A stretch of DNA of 58,371 nucleotides, from the NCBI GenBank assembly GCA_043808015.1, contig JAZDFI010000030.1:1-58371 (forward strand), written 5' to 3'. Source of the stretch: Candidatus Aenigmatarchaeota archaeon (GTDB lineage: Archaea > Aenigmatarchaeota > Aenigmatarchaeia > QMZP01 > QMZT01). The translations under genes were made by a program, and so were the position numbers. This document shows positions 1-10,112 of this stretch, in pieces (the first letter of the stretch is position 1; every line of letters begins with the position of its first letter). The notes below the pieces were generated by a model that did no database searches, was not told the DNA's origin, and saw nothing but the letters and a program-made list of their open reading frames with translations.

Positions 1-467
1 AATTCAGTGTCGGCGAATATGCTCTTTTCAATGCCCTTCTGCACGGGCCTGAACATGTGATATGTGAAAAGCGATGTCAGCGCGCTATCCGTGACAATCG
101 TGACCGGTAACGAATACGACGTGTCGGCTCCGAGCGTGCGGTTCTTCATGTAAAGCGTTTTTTTCTTCGCGAGAGTTTTCAGCGCGTCCTCGATAAGCAT
201 ATCGAAAGTCTCTGGTGTCATCGGATTGCTGTTAGGGGAATCCCAGTCGACCGTTTTTTTGGTGATGTCGTTTTTTACAATGTAAGTGTCTTTCGGGCTG
301 CGGCCAGTCGATTCTGGCGGCGTCCACTTGGCGAGCGCGCCGTTCTCCGAAACGATGGCTTCCTTTTTCTGGATGACGTCCTGTATCAGGTCCTCGCGCC
401 TCGTGTTCCTGCGTACATCTTTGTGCTTCGCAATCATCGCGTCGAGCGCCTTCCTGAAATCCGCCAT
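1..467 (-). CDS. pckA: phosphoenolpyruvate carboxykinase (ATP), N-terminal part; runs off the window start
   Basis: Manual translation of the minus strand from ATG at 467 (alternative in-frame ATG at 479): MADFRKALDAMIAKH...NGALAKWTPPESTGRSPKDTYIV...LGADTSYSLPVTIVTDSALTSLFTYHMFRP. TGRSPKD and GAD..Y.LPV motifs are typical of ATP-PEPCK. Not in the ORF track because it is truncated. Confidence 0.85.
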   Translation of the reverse strand, partial: MADFRKALDAMIAKHKDVRRNTRREDLIQDVIQKKEAIVSENGALAKWTPPESTGRSPKDTYIVKNDITKKTVDWDSPNSNPMTPETFDMLIEDALKTLAKKKTLYMKNRTLGADTSYSLPVTIVTDSALTSLFTYHMFRPVQKGIEKSIFADTE

Positions 468-574
468 AAGCAACACCATTTGACTCCCGTGGAATTTATT
501 TATAACCGGTTCCAGATTTATAAGTTTTGGCTCGTTTGTCGCATCTTTAAAATTGATTATATAATATAGTTAGC

Positions 575-1669
575 ATGGTTAAGATAAAACAGCTTCCGGA
601 GGACTTTGTCGTCCGCGAGATCTTCGAGAAGCAGCCGCGCAGGGAAGGATGGAAAGGCGAGGAAGATGAAAGAGGAAGCTACATATGGTGCGACCTGACC
701 AAGCGCAACTACGACCTTTTTCGCGCGTTAAAATTCCTGTCCGGCAGGCTCGGCGTCTCGCCGAAGCGCTTCGGCTACGCAGGCACCAAGGACAAGCGCG
801 CCGTCACCACGCAGAAAATATCGGTGTGGAACATTCCTCTCGAACGGCTTCAGGCGGTTCGCCTAAGGGATATCGAACTCTCGAATTTTGAAGAGGCAAG
901 GGAGCGTATCACCCTCGGCGACCTTAAAGCGAATGATTTCGAGATAACGGTGAGAGACGTCGAAGAGCATGCGCAGAAAGCGGCTGAGCACAATCTGGAA
1001 AAAATAAAGAAAAATGGTTTCATCAATCTCTTCGGCGGGCAGAGATTCGGTAACCGGAATAATACTCATCTGGTCGGCAGGGAAATCCTGCGCGGCAACC
1101 TGAAGGAAGCAGTCTGGCTATATCTCGCCGGCGAGGGCGATAACGACGAGGAAATACAGGCATTCAGGAAGCGCCTTCGCGAGAGCGGCGACGTGAAAGC
1201 CGGCCTTAGCGAATGTCCGCGCGTCCTGCGCAACGAACTCATCATGCTGAACCACCTCGTGCACGAACCGAGCGATTATGCGGGCGCGCTGAGGCGCCTT
1301 CCCAAAAAGATGCGCACGATGCTGGTCCACGCATACCAGTCTTACCTGTGGAATGAGATGGCCAGGGCATGCGACGAAGCGACAATTCCCATGGTAGGGA
1401 TGGACACGGATTTTTCCAAATACAAGACTGCTGGAAAAATGCAGGAAATAATGGATAACGAAGGCGTCAAATGCGCCGATTTCAAGATAGATTCGATGCC
1501 CGAGCTTTCTTGTGAGGGCGCGGAACGCGAGCGCGTCGCCGTGGCTGAAAAAATGCAGTGGGCTTTCGCCAGCGACGAGCTGAACGCCGGAAAAATAAAA
1601 TGCATCCTGCACTTCGCGATACCGAAGGGATCGTATGCGACAGTCCTGATCGATGAGGTGTTCGCATGA
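575..1669 (+). CDS. truD: tRNA pseudouridine(13) synthase TruD/Pus7
   Basis: IKQLPEDFVVRE, YAGTKDKRAVTTQ, N.FG.QRFG, HAYQSYLWN and F.IPKGSYATV motifs. Confidence 0.95.
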   Translation: MVKIKQLPEDFVVREIFEKQPRREGWKGEEDERGSYIWCDLTKRNYDLFRALKFLSGRLGVSPKRFGYAGTKDKRAVTTQKISVWNIPLERLQAVRLRDIELSNFEEARERITLGDLKANDFEITVRDVEEHAQKAAEHNLEKIKKNGFINLFGGQRFGNRNNTHLVGREILRGNLKEAVWLYLAGEGDNDEEIQAFRKRLRESGDVKAGLSECPRVLRNELIMLNHLVHEPSDYAGALRRLPKKMRTMLVHAYQSYLWNEMARACDEATIPMVGMDTDFSKYKTAGKMQEIMDNEGVKCADFKIDSMPELSCEGAERERVAVAEKMQWAFASDELNAGKIKCILHFAIPKGSYATVLIDEVFA

Positions 1670-2367
1670 AGGAAAATTTCGTCTCAGTTATAGTCCCGAC
1701 GTATAATGAGAGAGAGAACATAGCGATTCTCATCCCGCGCATTTTTTCGTCCCTCGAAAATAACGCCATGCACGGCGAAGTTATCGTCGTCGATGACGGC
1801 TCACCCGACGGCACCGCTGACGTTGCAGAGAAGCTGGGCGGCGAATATGCGGTCAGGGTCCTGCGCCGTCCGCGCAAGGCAGGCCTTTCGTCAGCGGTCA
1901 TAGCCGGTTTCGAGAAGGCCGAAGGGGACGTGATAGGCGTGATAGACGCAGACTTATCACACCCGCCCGAGGAGATACCTCGAATGGCAAGGCCAATCAT
2001 GGACGGCAGCACTGACATAACCGTTGCGAGCAGATACATCGCCGGCGGCGGCGTGGAAAACTGGCCGCTCAAGAGGCAGATCATCTCAAACGGCGCGCGG
2101 GCGCTTGCCAGGCCCATCACCGGCCTCAAGGACCCTCTCTCCGGATTTTTCTTTTTCAGGAAATCGGTCATAGAAGGTAAGAAGCTTAATACGACCGGCT
2201 ACAAGATAGGCCTTGAAGTGATAGCGAAAAGCGGCGATGCCAGGATTGTCGAGATTCCCTACACGTTTTCCGACAGGGCGCGCGGAGAAAGCAAACTCGG
2301 CATTGGCGAATATGTCAATTACCTGCGGCACCTTTCGAAGCTATACCTCCACAAAATACGTCGCTAG
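1666..2367 (+). CDS. polyprenol-phosphate mannose synthase-like GT2 glycosyltransferase (DPM1-like)
   Basis: VSVIVPTYNERENI, VVDDGSPDGT, DADLSHPP, DR..GESKL. Confidence 0.9.
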   Translation: MKENFVSVIVPTYNERENIAILIPRIFSSLENNAMHGEVIVVDDGSPDGTADVAEKLGGEYAVRVLRRPRKAGLSSAVIAGFEKAEGDVIGVIDADLSHPPEEIPRMARPIMDGSTDITVASRYIAGGGVENWPLKRQIISNGARALARPITGLKDPLSGFFFFRKSVIEGKKLNTTGYKIGLEVIAKSGDARIVEIPYTFSDRARGESKLGIGEYVNYLRHLSKLYLHKIRR

Positions 2368-2402
2368 GGATAGTTTAAATTATCCAGAACCAATTTATTC
2401 CC

Positions 2403-3653
2403 ATGGACGACCCTGTGATGCTTTTTTCAGGTGCACTGTTTTTCCTGCTTTTCTTAATACTGGGTTTCATGTTCATGATCGTTACCATCGCGTTCTTCAA
2501 GAGAAAGAGATGGACGGATACGTATGAACCTTACGTTAGCATCATAATACCGGCCTTCAACGAGGAGAAAACCATAGGCCCGTGCCTGGAAGCGCTAAGA
2601 AAAAGCGACTATCCGCGTGAAAAAGTGGAGATAATTCTGGTGGATGACGGCTCGACGGACGGGACGATCGACGCAGCTGAAAAGTTCGGCGGGATTAAGA
2701 TAGCGAAACAGCATCACTCCGGAAAGGTTGCCGCGCTCAATCTCGGTCTTTCGGAAGCGAAGAGCGGGATAATAATAACCATAGATTCCGATGTTAAAGT
2801 CGAACAAAACTTCATAAAAAACATAGTGCGCCCGTTTTCGGACAGCAATGTAGGCGCAGTCAGCGGTGCGGCGAAAGCGGCAAATGACAATAAAATGCTC
2901 ACGGCTTTTCAGGCCATAGAATACGTATACCACTCGCTCGTCATGGACAGCTTCTCGGCGGTCTTCGGCACGTCGTTCTGGTTCTGGGGAGCCGTCGCTT
3001 CATACAGGAAGGAATCGCTGACCCGCGCAGGCGGCTTCAGCAGCAGCACGTCGAGCGAGGACCTGGACATGGTGGTCAACATAAAGAAGGCCGGCTACAA
3101 AACGCTAAGTGTCGGCAACGCTGCAGGCAGGACGTTCGTGCCATCGAGCGTTAAATCGCTGTTCAGGCAGAGGATACGCTGGTGGAAAGGCACGCTGCAG
3201 ATGATGCGTAAAAACAAGGGAATGTTCACACCGAGCCAGGGCATGACTTTGATGTTCTTTTTCTTCTCCCAGTTGTTCTGGATCATCTTCTCGTTTCTCG
3301 CGATACCGCTGATAACGTATCAGGTATTTTACTGGCTGCCTTACAACATGGCCAGTGCTAGCGACCTGCTGCTTTACCTTTTCAGGTGGTTCAACATCAC
3401 AGGCCCGCTGTACGCGCTTTACATGATACCGGAATGGGGCATAAACCCGCTGTCGATATTCGGCATACTCTCTGGCGTAATGTCGCTGGTCATGATGATT
3501 TTCGCTTTCGCTTTCTTCAGGGAGAAGGTCACGGTCAGAAAGGCGCTGGGGATATTTTTCTACTTCCCGTACACGCTGCTCATGAACGTCATGATAATGG
3601 CTGGGGCGATAGAATATGCTTTAAATAGAGGCAAAGGAACGTTTATAAAATAG
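2403..3653 (+). CDS. processive GT2 glycosyltransferase (cellulose/hyaluronan synthase-like), membrane-bound
   Basis: IIIPAFNEE, DDGSTDGT, DSD, SED and QRIRW (D,D,D,QxxRW) motifs; N- and C-terminal TM segments. Confidence 0.85.
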   Translation: MDDPVMLFSGALFFLLFLILGFMFMIVTIAFFKRKRWTDTYEPYVSIIIPAFNEEKTIGPCLEALRKSDYPREKVEIILVDDGSTDGTIDAAEKFGGIKIAKQHHSGKVAALNLGLSEAKSGIIITIDSDVKVEQNFIKNIVRPFSDSNVGAVSGAAKAANDNKMLTAFQAIEYVYHSLVMDSFSAVFGTSFWFWGAVASYRKESLTRAGGFSSSTSSEDLDMVVNIKKAGYKTLSVGNAAGRTFVPSSVKSLFRQRIRWWKGTLQMMRKNKGMFTPSQGMTLMFFFFSQLFWIIFSFLAIPLITYQVFYWLPYNMASASDLLLYLFRWFNITGPLYALYMIPEWGINPLSIFGILSGVMSLVMMIFAFAFFREKVTVRKALGIFFYFPYTLLMNVMIMAGAIEYALNRGKGTFIK

Positions 3654-3660
3654 GTGCATA

Positions 3661-5046
3661 TTGATGATGTTCTGTTTGCCTGGTTTACCGTGCTGGGACA
3701 GCACTATAGTGGCAGAGTTCATAGACAACGTCATCAAGCCGCCGATATACTATTCCAGCGACCTAATCTTCAACACGATACTGGTTTTCGCGACAATTTT
3801 TTCAGCGCTTTTCTACATTCTGGCCATAAACGGCGTTTTCTCCAAGCCCAGAAAAGGCAAGGTGTATGCAGAAGTCCCGGAGAAAAAGCTACCTTTCGTC
3901 ACTATACACATCCCGACTTTCAACGAACCCGTCGCGCTGCGCTGCGCGGAGAAATGCCTCGGATTCGACTACCCCAAGGACAAGTTCGAAATAATGATAG
4001 GCGACGACAGCAATGACGGGAAAACCAGCGACATGATAGACGCGTTCGCAGCAAAGCACAAGGACCTCGTCAGGGTGATGCGCAGGTCAGACAACAAAGG
4101 CTACAAGGCTGGCAATCTCAACAACATGCTGAAGCATTCGAAAGGCGAGATAATAGCGATATTCGACTCGGACTTCGTGCCGACTAGCGACTTCCTGAAG
4201 AAAATATCCGTGCCCTTCCAAGACGAGAAAGTCGCCGGCGTCCAGGCGCGCTGGGAATTCATGAACGCGGGTCAGAACCTCGTTTCGCGCCTGTCGTCAA
4301 GCATTCTCATCGTTTACCACCACCTGACGCTGCCGCTCATAAACAGATTCGGCGTTTCCTTCATATGCGGCTCCGCCGAAGCCGTCAGGAAGGACGTGCT
4401 GCTCAAGCTGGGCGGATGGCAGAACGGCAGCCTGACCGAAGACACTGAATTTTCGATAAGAATAATGGAGATGGGTTACAAGAACGTCTATCTTCCGGAA
4501 CTGGTCACTCCCGGTGAGAGCCCGTTCACGTTTAAAGGTTTCGAGCGCCAGCAGATGCGCTGGGCTTACGGTACAATACGCGCTTTCATCGACCACAGGA
4601 AGCAGATATTCTTCAACAAGAACTTCAACATAAAGCAGCGACTGATGCTGTTCTTCGTGCTCCTAGGCTACGTCACCGCGCCGCTGCTGGCGCTGCTTTT
4701 CGTCTCCGGATGCATATCCTTCATAACCAACGTACCTGGGCCGATTGACTGGTTCGAATTCACCAGGTCGATGAGCAGGAATATCGCGCTCACTTCGGGC
4801 TTCATAGCCGCGAGCGTTGTGGCGCTAAAGAAGAACAACAGACTTTCCATGTTTCCCCAGTTGCTCGTATCGTCCTTCACGGTAGGCATACTTATCACAT
4901 TCTCGGTGTCGCTAGCGATATTCAAGGCTGTCGTCAAAAGGCCCATGGAATGGTACATGATACAGAAAACAGGGAACCAGCAATACTCGCTGGTCAATGG
5001 CTCCGCTAGCACGATGCCGTCCATAAAAGGCACATTATCAAAATGA
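3661..5046 (+). CDS. processive GT2 glycosyltransferase (cellulose synthase-like/CSLA-like)
   Basis: IPTFNE, DDS, GYKAGNL, FDSDF, TED and QQMRW motifs plus TM helices; true start may be ATG 3664/3667. Confidence 0.85.
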   Translation: MMMFCLPGLPCWDSTIVAEFIDNVIKPPIYYSSDLIFNTILVFATIFSALFYILAINGVFSKPRKGKVYAEVPEKKLPFVTIHIPTFNEPVALRCAEKCLGFDYPKDKFEIMIGDDSNDGKTSDMIDAFAAKHKDLVRVMRRSDNKGYKAGNLNNMLKHSKGEIIAIFDSDFVPTSDFLKKISVPFQDEKVAGVQARWEFMNAGQNLVSRLSSSILIVYHHLTLPLINRFGVSFICGSAEAVRKDVLLKLGGWQNGSLTEDTEFSIRIMEMGYKNVYLPELVTPGESPFTFKGFERQQMRWAYGTIRAFIDHRKQIFFNKNFNIKQRLMLFFVLLGYVTAPLLALLFVSGCISFITNVPGPIDWFEFTRSMSRNIALTSGFIAASVVALKKNNRLSMFPQLLVSSFTVGILITFSVSLAIFKAVVKRPMEWYMIQKTGNQQYSLVNGSASTMPSIKGTLSK

Positions 5047-5095
5047 ATGCGCTGCTATTTCATGTTATTTTAAAAAGCGCCAGCAAATTTATATC

Positions 5096-6469
5096 ATGGA
5101 AGATTTTTCCAGGTATTTGATTCTCTCGCTGATTGCAGCCTCTTTCATCGCCAAGGTAGTACTTGTTTTTGCAAATCAGGGCTTGTGGTGGGATGAAGCG
5201 GTTTACATGGGCCTGGGCAGAGGAGTAGCAAACGGTTTCTACTCGCTTGATCAGGGCACCAACATAGAATCATTCAGACCTCCGCTGTTCCCGTTTCTGA
5301 TTTTCCCGCTTTCAGAAAGCATACTCGCCGTCAGGTTTTTTGTCGTATTGATTTCAGCCATCTCAGTTTTAACGGCTTACTATCTGGCAAAGGGAATGTT
5401 CGGCAAGGACTGCGCGCTATGGACGTCGCTTTTCCTTTCGACGAGCCAGCTATTCGTTTTCTTCAGCACTAAAGCGCTTACAGAGCCGCTTTTCATATCG
5501 CTGGTTTCGTTTTCGCTCCTGTTTTTCATCAAAGGCGGAAAGGGATACAAAACTTACGCGCTGCTGTCGGGAGCGCTGGCGGGATTGGCGCTTATAACGC
5601 GCTACCTTGGCACGGTCCTTCTGGTAGCGTATGCGCTTTATCTCGTTTTCCTTCTATGGAAAAGGGACGATGTCAGGAAAACGCTGGTTAAATATGCGCT
5701 TTTTTGCATCGGTTTTTTGCTGGCTATTGCGCCGTGGCTTTCCCTCAGTTACGCTTATTACGGCAATCCGCTGGGCGCATACTTCACCAATATGGCGATA
5801 TACGCTTCGTCGATGCCGTCCGGCCTGTTTGATTACCTAGCGGGATTTTACGAGTTTTCCGGGCCGATGGTAGTGTTTTACGCGCTCGGCGCGTATGCCA
5901 TGCTAAAAGTAAAAAGAAAGGACAAAATCCTGCTATTTCTGCTGTTATGTCTGCCCATAATATTCTACGCGCTAGCGCCTCACAAGGAGCCCAGATATAT
6001 GCTCTCGTATGCGCCTGTTTACGCGATTTTCTCGGGCCTGGCGCTGACGCACAAGTTCAAGTTTGCAGGCAAAAGCATGCAATATCTCGCTATTCTTGCG
6101 TGCGTTGTATGCCTCGTTACTGGCATAAGTTTCATATGGAATGACAGGCAGAACGGAGAGGGTCTGGTCACGGCTGCGAATTACCTGAAAGGCATCACGG
6201 GCGCGAAGGACATGGTGATGACGGAATCCTATCCCTACACGTATTATTTCTCGGAAAGAAGGGCCATAAGGTTCCCTGCAAACGCCGAAGATGTGAATAA
6301 AACGATAGAGGCTCAGGATATAAAATACGTCCTCCTCTACAAGTTTGAGCCCGGCAATCCGGCGTACGTGACGGGTTATTTCGAAAGCGATGCCAGGTTT
6401 TCCCGTCTTATGTCGTTCAGCCAGTGGGGCGACCAGGAAGCCGTGATCATCTACAAAGTCAACTTCTAG
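5096..6469 (+). CDS. GT-C fold glycosyltransferase (ArnT/PMT, family 39/83-like)
   Basis: WWDEAVY, RPPLFP, KEPRY motifs; many TM helices. Confidence 0.8.
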   Translation: MEDFSRYLILSLIAASFIAKVVLVFANQGLWWDEAVYMGLGRGVANGFYSLDQGTNIESFRPPLFPFLIFPLSESILAVRFFVVLISAISVLTAYYLAKGMFGKDCALWTSLFLSTSQLFVFFSTKALTEPLFISLVSFSLLFFIKGGKGYKTYALLSGALAGLALITRYLGTVLLVAYALYLVFLLWKRDDVRKTLVKYALFCIGFLLAIAPWLSLSYAYYGNPLGAYFTNMAIYASSMPSGLFDYLAGFYEFSGPMVVFYALGAYAMLKVKRKDKILLFLLLCLPIIFYALAPHKEPRYMLSYAPVYAIFSGLALTHKFKFAGKSMQYLAILACVVCLVTGISFIWNDRQNGEGLVTAANYLKGITGAKDMVMTESYPYTYYFSERRAIRFPANAEDVNKTIEAQDIKYVLLYKFEPGNPAYVTGYFESDARFSRLMSFSQWGDQEAVIIYKVNF

Positions 6470-6509
6470 TTATTAAAAATCATTCAGTAGGGATAGACTC
6501 ACGTCTGTA

Positions 6510-6550
6510 AGGAAAAAATAAAAGAAAAGGGAAAGGGGCAAATGCCCCAA
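6510..6550 (-). terminator. hairpin plus oligo-U terminator downstream of the S-layer gene
   Basis: Minus strand reads GGGGCA-TT-TGCCCC followed by TTTCCCTTTTCTTTTATTTTTT, about 20 nt after the stop codon. Confidence 0.55.
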
Positions 6551-6569
6551 TTAACTGACTTCGGTTAAA

Positions 6570-8924
6570 TTACGCTGCGCCTTTGTACTGAGCGACTGCG
6601 CCAAGCGCCTTGAACTCGGTCGGCTTAATAGCTTTGTTGGCTATCAAGTTTCTCGTGTCCTGAGCACTTGTACCAGCGACGATCAGTGCTTTCTTGCCGG
6701 AACCGAAGATGTTCTCAACAACCTGGATCAGACCCTTTCCGTTGTCTTTAAGGTCAGCGTCTGCAAGCCAAGCTGCACAAGAATCTGTCGAGCTCCACGC
6801 AGTGTCAAGCAAAGTCTTCACAAGCGCGTTCGCGCATGGACCACCCACAAGGATAAGATCCTTGTCGAGAGCGGCTGTCTGCGTTACCTCGCTCGGGAAC
6901 TTCGCTATCGGGTTCGTTACAGGGACTGCCGCGTTGTATGTTCCGCCTGCAGCTCCTGCGCTTGTTGACAGCACTGGATTCGTTCCGATGGCTATGTTTG
7001 CCGGTGCAGGTCTCTGGCCAGCTCCGTATATGGAAACGCTGCTCTTGCCGTTGTTGTCTCCAGTTACGTCGACGTAGCTGCCGTAGCTTGTTATGTACTT
7101 CCACTCGTTCGCAGTTCCGACCTGGGTCGGGTTCGGCGTCATGCTGAACCTAATGCCCGTCGATGAACTGTACGTCGAGTTCACGAGGAACTTCTGCCTG
7201 GTCGGGTCGTTGCCGCCCGTAAGGGTGTACAGGATGACCTCGTCGATGTACATGCCTGTGTTGGCACTCGTTACGTCTATCTTTGCGCCGGATTCCGTGG
7301 TTATGTTGACATAACCTGCGTTTATTGTTCCGCCGTCAAGCGCTACGCAAACGTTTCTGTTGGTTCCCAAGAAGGGAGTCACGTCGAACGTCACCGAGCC
7401 GATTGTAAGGTCTTCCGAGCTTGGATAAACCTTGTAGTTGGTGTTCGATGACATATCCGTGAAGACCACGTAGTCTTTGGTGTCGTCGCTAGAGTCGTCA
7501 TTGTAGTTTGTGTACTTCAGGATGTACGAGTAATCACCACTCGATACGACGAAGTAATCGTTCTTCGCTATCGTGTTGTTTTCACCCGTAGAGTTGTAGC
7601 ACTCTCTTGTCCTGAAGAAATACGCGTTGTTGACCTTGCCGTATACTGGCTCTGTCGAAGAGTTCGCGTAGAACACTGGTATGTTCGTGTACTGCATGCC
7701 GTCTTTGTTCTTGAACGACAACTTGACATTCGAAGAGTCCGAAACTACCTTTATCAGGTCTCTGGACGCGTCCGTTATGCCAGGTGTCATTCCGCTAAGC
7801 ACAGTCTTGAACGAACCGAATACCGGGTCCACAAATGGCATTCCGTCCTTCACAACCGCATCCTCGTCTGGATAGACGACGAATGTCAACGCGTTTATCT
7901 TGTTTGCGAGTGTGGAACTGAAATACACGAGTGTGTTCTTTGACAAGTCGTTCTTCTCGATGGCGCTGCCGTGCGTAAGTTTCAGCTTGTCCGTTCCTAC
8001 GAAAAGCTTCACCATACCTGTCGAATCTGTGCCGCCAGTTTGTATCACGTCAACAGACTGCACGTAGAATTTAACGCCACCTATCGTGTAAGTGCCGCCT
8101 TCGTTCCACGTGTATGAGACACCGTTAACTACTACGTATGCCTTGTCTGTCGTTCCAGCGTACCAACCGTTCAGCTTTATGACGAACGATGTTCCGCCGA
8201 CGTCGACGGTTCTCTCGTCTCCTGCTCCGCTAAGGTCAAGAACCTGCGCTCCTACCGAAGAGTACAATTCAAGCGTCGTGTTGGTGTGCGTGTTGCCGAA
8301 CGTGTAGTCCTTGCCGAACAGTTTCATGGCGTATGTCGTGTCTACTGCCGACGGGTCAAGACCACCGATGAACGTCACTGTCAGGTTGTACGGGGTTGCT
8401 GACGATGATATCGGTACGTTCAGAACCGGGTCTGTCTCTCCGCTTGGGACGCTGAATGTCGCGTATGCCGCTGAGTTAAGCACTATCTTCTGCGTTATTG
8501 TCGAAGTCGTCGAGTTCGAGTCAGTGAATGTGCTCTTTACCAAAAGGTCCGGAAGGTCCGTCTCAGTTATGACGCTTTTGACAGCGCTAAGGTTGCCTGT
8601 GCTGCCTACGTATGTTTTCATAAGGTCGCTGTCTATCAGCACACCACCAGATACGCCTGTCGTCGCTCCTGTTGAAGGTATTTGCTTAACTTCGATGGCA
8701 TAGTTCGAGACCAAGCTCGCTGCTATGTCCGCTGCACCAAGAACGTCGGTCGTGTCGACTCCAGCTCCGACCACTATGACCGGAGATGTAAGTGTACCGC
8801 CGCTCACGGTTACGAACTCGCCCATGCCTTTATCGAAAGTTGTCGCTGCCAATGCTCCTCCTGCAATTATTGTCGCTCCTATCGCTGCAGTTATTCCTCC
8901 TGCAATCAATCTCTTTATTTTCAT
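6570..8924 (-). CDS. S-layer protein (S_layer_N/S_layer_C type)
   Basis: Signal peptide MKIKRLIAGG...; N-terminal VIVVGA..DVLGAADIAASL; C-terminal LILVGGPCANALV and ALIVAG...DTR; Thr/Ser/Asn-rich with many NxS/T sequons. Confidence 0.85.
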   Translation of the reverse strand: MKIKRLIAGGITAAIGATIIAGGALAATTFDKGMGEFVTVSGGTLTSPVIVVGAGVDTTDVLGAADIAASLVSNYAIEVKQIPSTGATTGVSGGVLIDSDLMKTYVGSTGNLSAVKSVITETDLPDLLVKSTFTDSNSTTSTITQKIVLNSAAYATFSVPSGETDPVLNVPISSSATPYNLTVTFIGGLDPSAVDTTYAMKLFGKDYTFGNTHTNTTLELYSSVGAQVLDLSGAGDERTVDVGGTSFVIKLNGWYAGTTDKAYVVVNGVSYTWNEGGTYTIGGVKFYVQSVDVIQTGGTDSTGMVKLFVGTDKLKLTHGSAIEKNDLSKNTLVYFSSTLANKINALTFVVYPDEDAVVKDGMPFVDPVFGSFKTVLSGMTPGITDASRDLIKVVSDSSNVKLSFKNKDGMQYTNIPVFYANSSTEPVYGKVNNAYFFRTRECYNSTGENNTIAKNDYFVVSSGDYSYILKYTNYNDDSSDDTKDYVVFTDMSSNTNYKVYPSSEDLTIGSVTFDVTPFLGTNRNVCVALDGGTINAGYVNITTESGAKIDVTSANTGMYIDEVILYTLTGGNDPTRQKFLVNSTYSSSTGIRFSMTPNPTQVGTANEWKYITSYGSYVDVTGDNNGKSSVSIYGAGQRPAPANIAIGTNPVLSTSAGAAGGTYNAAVPVTNPIAKFPSEVTQTAALDKDLILVGGPCANALVKTLLDTAWSSTDSCAAWLADADLKDNGKGLIQVVENIFGSGKKALIVAGTSAQDTRNLIANKAIKPTEFKALGAVAQYKGAA

Positions 8925-9017
8925 AATTTCCTCCTAGTTTTAAACATCAAACCCCAAATGAAAGTCTATTGCTAGACCTTCTTGGGTTCGAGTCTTGAAA
9001 TTACTTTGCCGAAGGGG

Positions 9018-9030
9018 GTATATATAAGTT
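9018..9030 (-). promoter_or_regulatory. probable TATA box of the S-layer gene
   Basis: Minus strand AACTTATATATAC about 95 nt upstream of the start codon. Confidence 0.4.
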
Positions 9031-9157
9031 GCATGAAACGGTTGCGAAACAATGAAAACACTATCTTTAAACCGTTTTTATGGTTCCAAATATGATAAAA
9101 ACATACTTTTATCGTTCCAAAAGGTCTAAAAATGCTTTATTTTTAAAAATAAGTCAT

Positions 9158-9997
9158 TTAAACGAATAAAAATATAAGATCTCCCCAGAATACCGTTATG
9201 ACTATGGTGATTACGAATACGGGGGCGAATCTCACGCCTTCCTTTATCCACACGTGCTTGCTTCGCTTCCTGAGCGCGGCTATATCTTTCTTGCTCAGGC
9301 CTTTCCATCTTCCGTCGAGCGCGACATCGCCTTCCCTGAGCTCTGAAGTCCTGACTTTTTTCTTGAAAAGGTGCTTCTCGACGACTTTTGCGTAGTATGA
9401 GAACAACAAAACGAAAGTGAGCAGGAACGGCAGGAAGACGAATTGGTTCATGCTGACCGGATTCGTGACTGAAGGCAGTGTTGTCATGAAGAAGGCGAAG
9501 GACCAGGAGAACGCGAAGAAAAATGCCACCATCGCTATCAGCTTTATCTTCTGTTCCTTCAGATGCTGCAGGTATTTGCTGTTCACGGATGTGTGCCTCA
9601 GGCCCAGGTAAACGGAGTATGCTATAAGATATACAAGCGAGACCAGCAGGAAGTTGAAAAGCATCGCTAACGGGAAGGGGAGCGCGGTCGTGACGCCGAA
9701 TTCCAGTTGTTCTGGTAAAAGAAAGCCCATTGCACCGAGCAGCCAGGCATCGCCGTCGCCCCATTGCCTGGCGAAATACATCAAAAGGCCTATTCCCAGG
9801 AATGCGAGGCCTATGAATATCGAGCTGGCCAGTATCATCCAGTCCCCCGTGATGAAAGAGAACACACCTCTCGCACCCAGAGACAATATTATTATAGAAT
9901 ATGGCAGCCAGTCCGGGAATTCCGTCGTCTTTATATCCCAGTAGGCGCCCAGGCCGAAGCCGATGATGCCTATGGCCAGAAGTATTACACTCAACAT
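9158..9997 (-). CDS. prepilin/preflagellin peptidase (A24, PibD/FlaK-like)
   Basis: AYWDIKTTEFPD and WGDGDAWL aspartate motifs; C-terminal VWIKEGVRFAPVF; multi-TM. Confidence 0.85.
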   Translation of the reverse strand: MLSVILLAIGIIGFGLGAYWDIKTTEFPDWLPYSIIILSLGARGVFSFITGDWMILASSIFIGLAFLGIGLLMYFARQWGDGDAWLLGAMGFLLPEQLEFGVTTALPFPLAMLFNFLLVSLVYLIAYSVYLGLRHTSVNSKYLQHLKEQKIKLIAMVAFFFAFSWSFAFFMTTLPSVTNPVSMNQFVFLPFLLTFVLLFSYYAKVVEKHLFKKKVRTSELREGDVALDGRWKGLSKKDIAALRKRSKHVWIKEGVRFAPVFVITIVITVFWGDLIFLFV

Positions 9998-10000
9998 ATA

Positions 10001-10112
10001 TGGGGTCGCTGAGATTCGAACTCAGGTCGCAGGCTCCCGAAGCCTGAATGCTAGACCACTGCAGAGCCCTTTTCACGTTTTTCTGGAAAGGGCTTAGCTA
10101 CACCACGACCCC
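10001..10112 (-). tRNA. tRNA-Pro(CGG) with a 37-nt D-loop intron (10059-10095, position 17/17a)
   Basis: Acceptor GGGGTCG/CGACCCC, anticodon arm CAGGC-TTCGGGA-GCCTG, T arm CTGAG-TTCGAAT-CTCAG. Splice motif: GTAG/CTGC helix with CT|A and AG|T bulges, giving a 75-nt mature tRNA. Confidence 0.93.
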
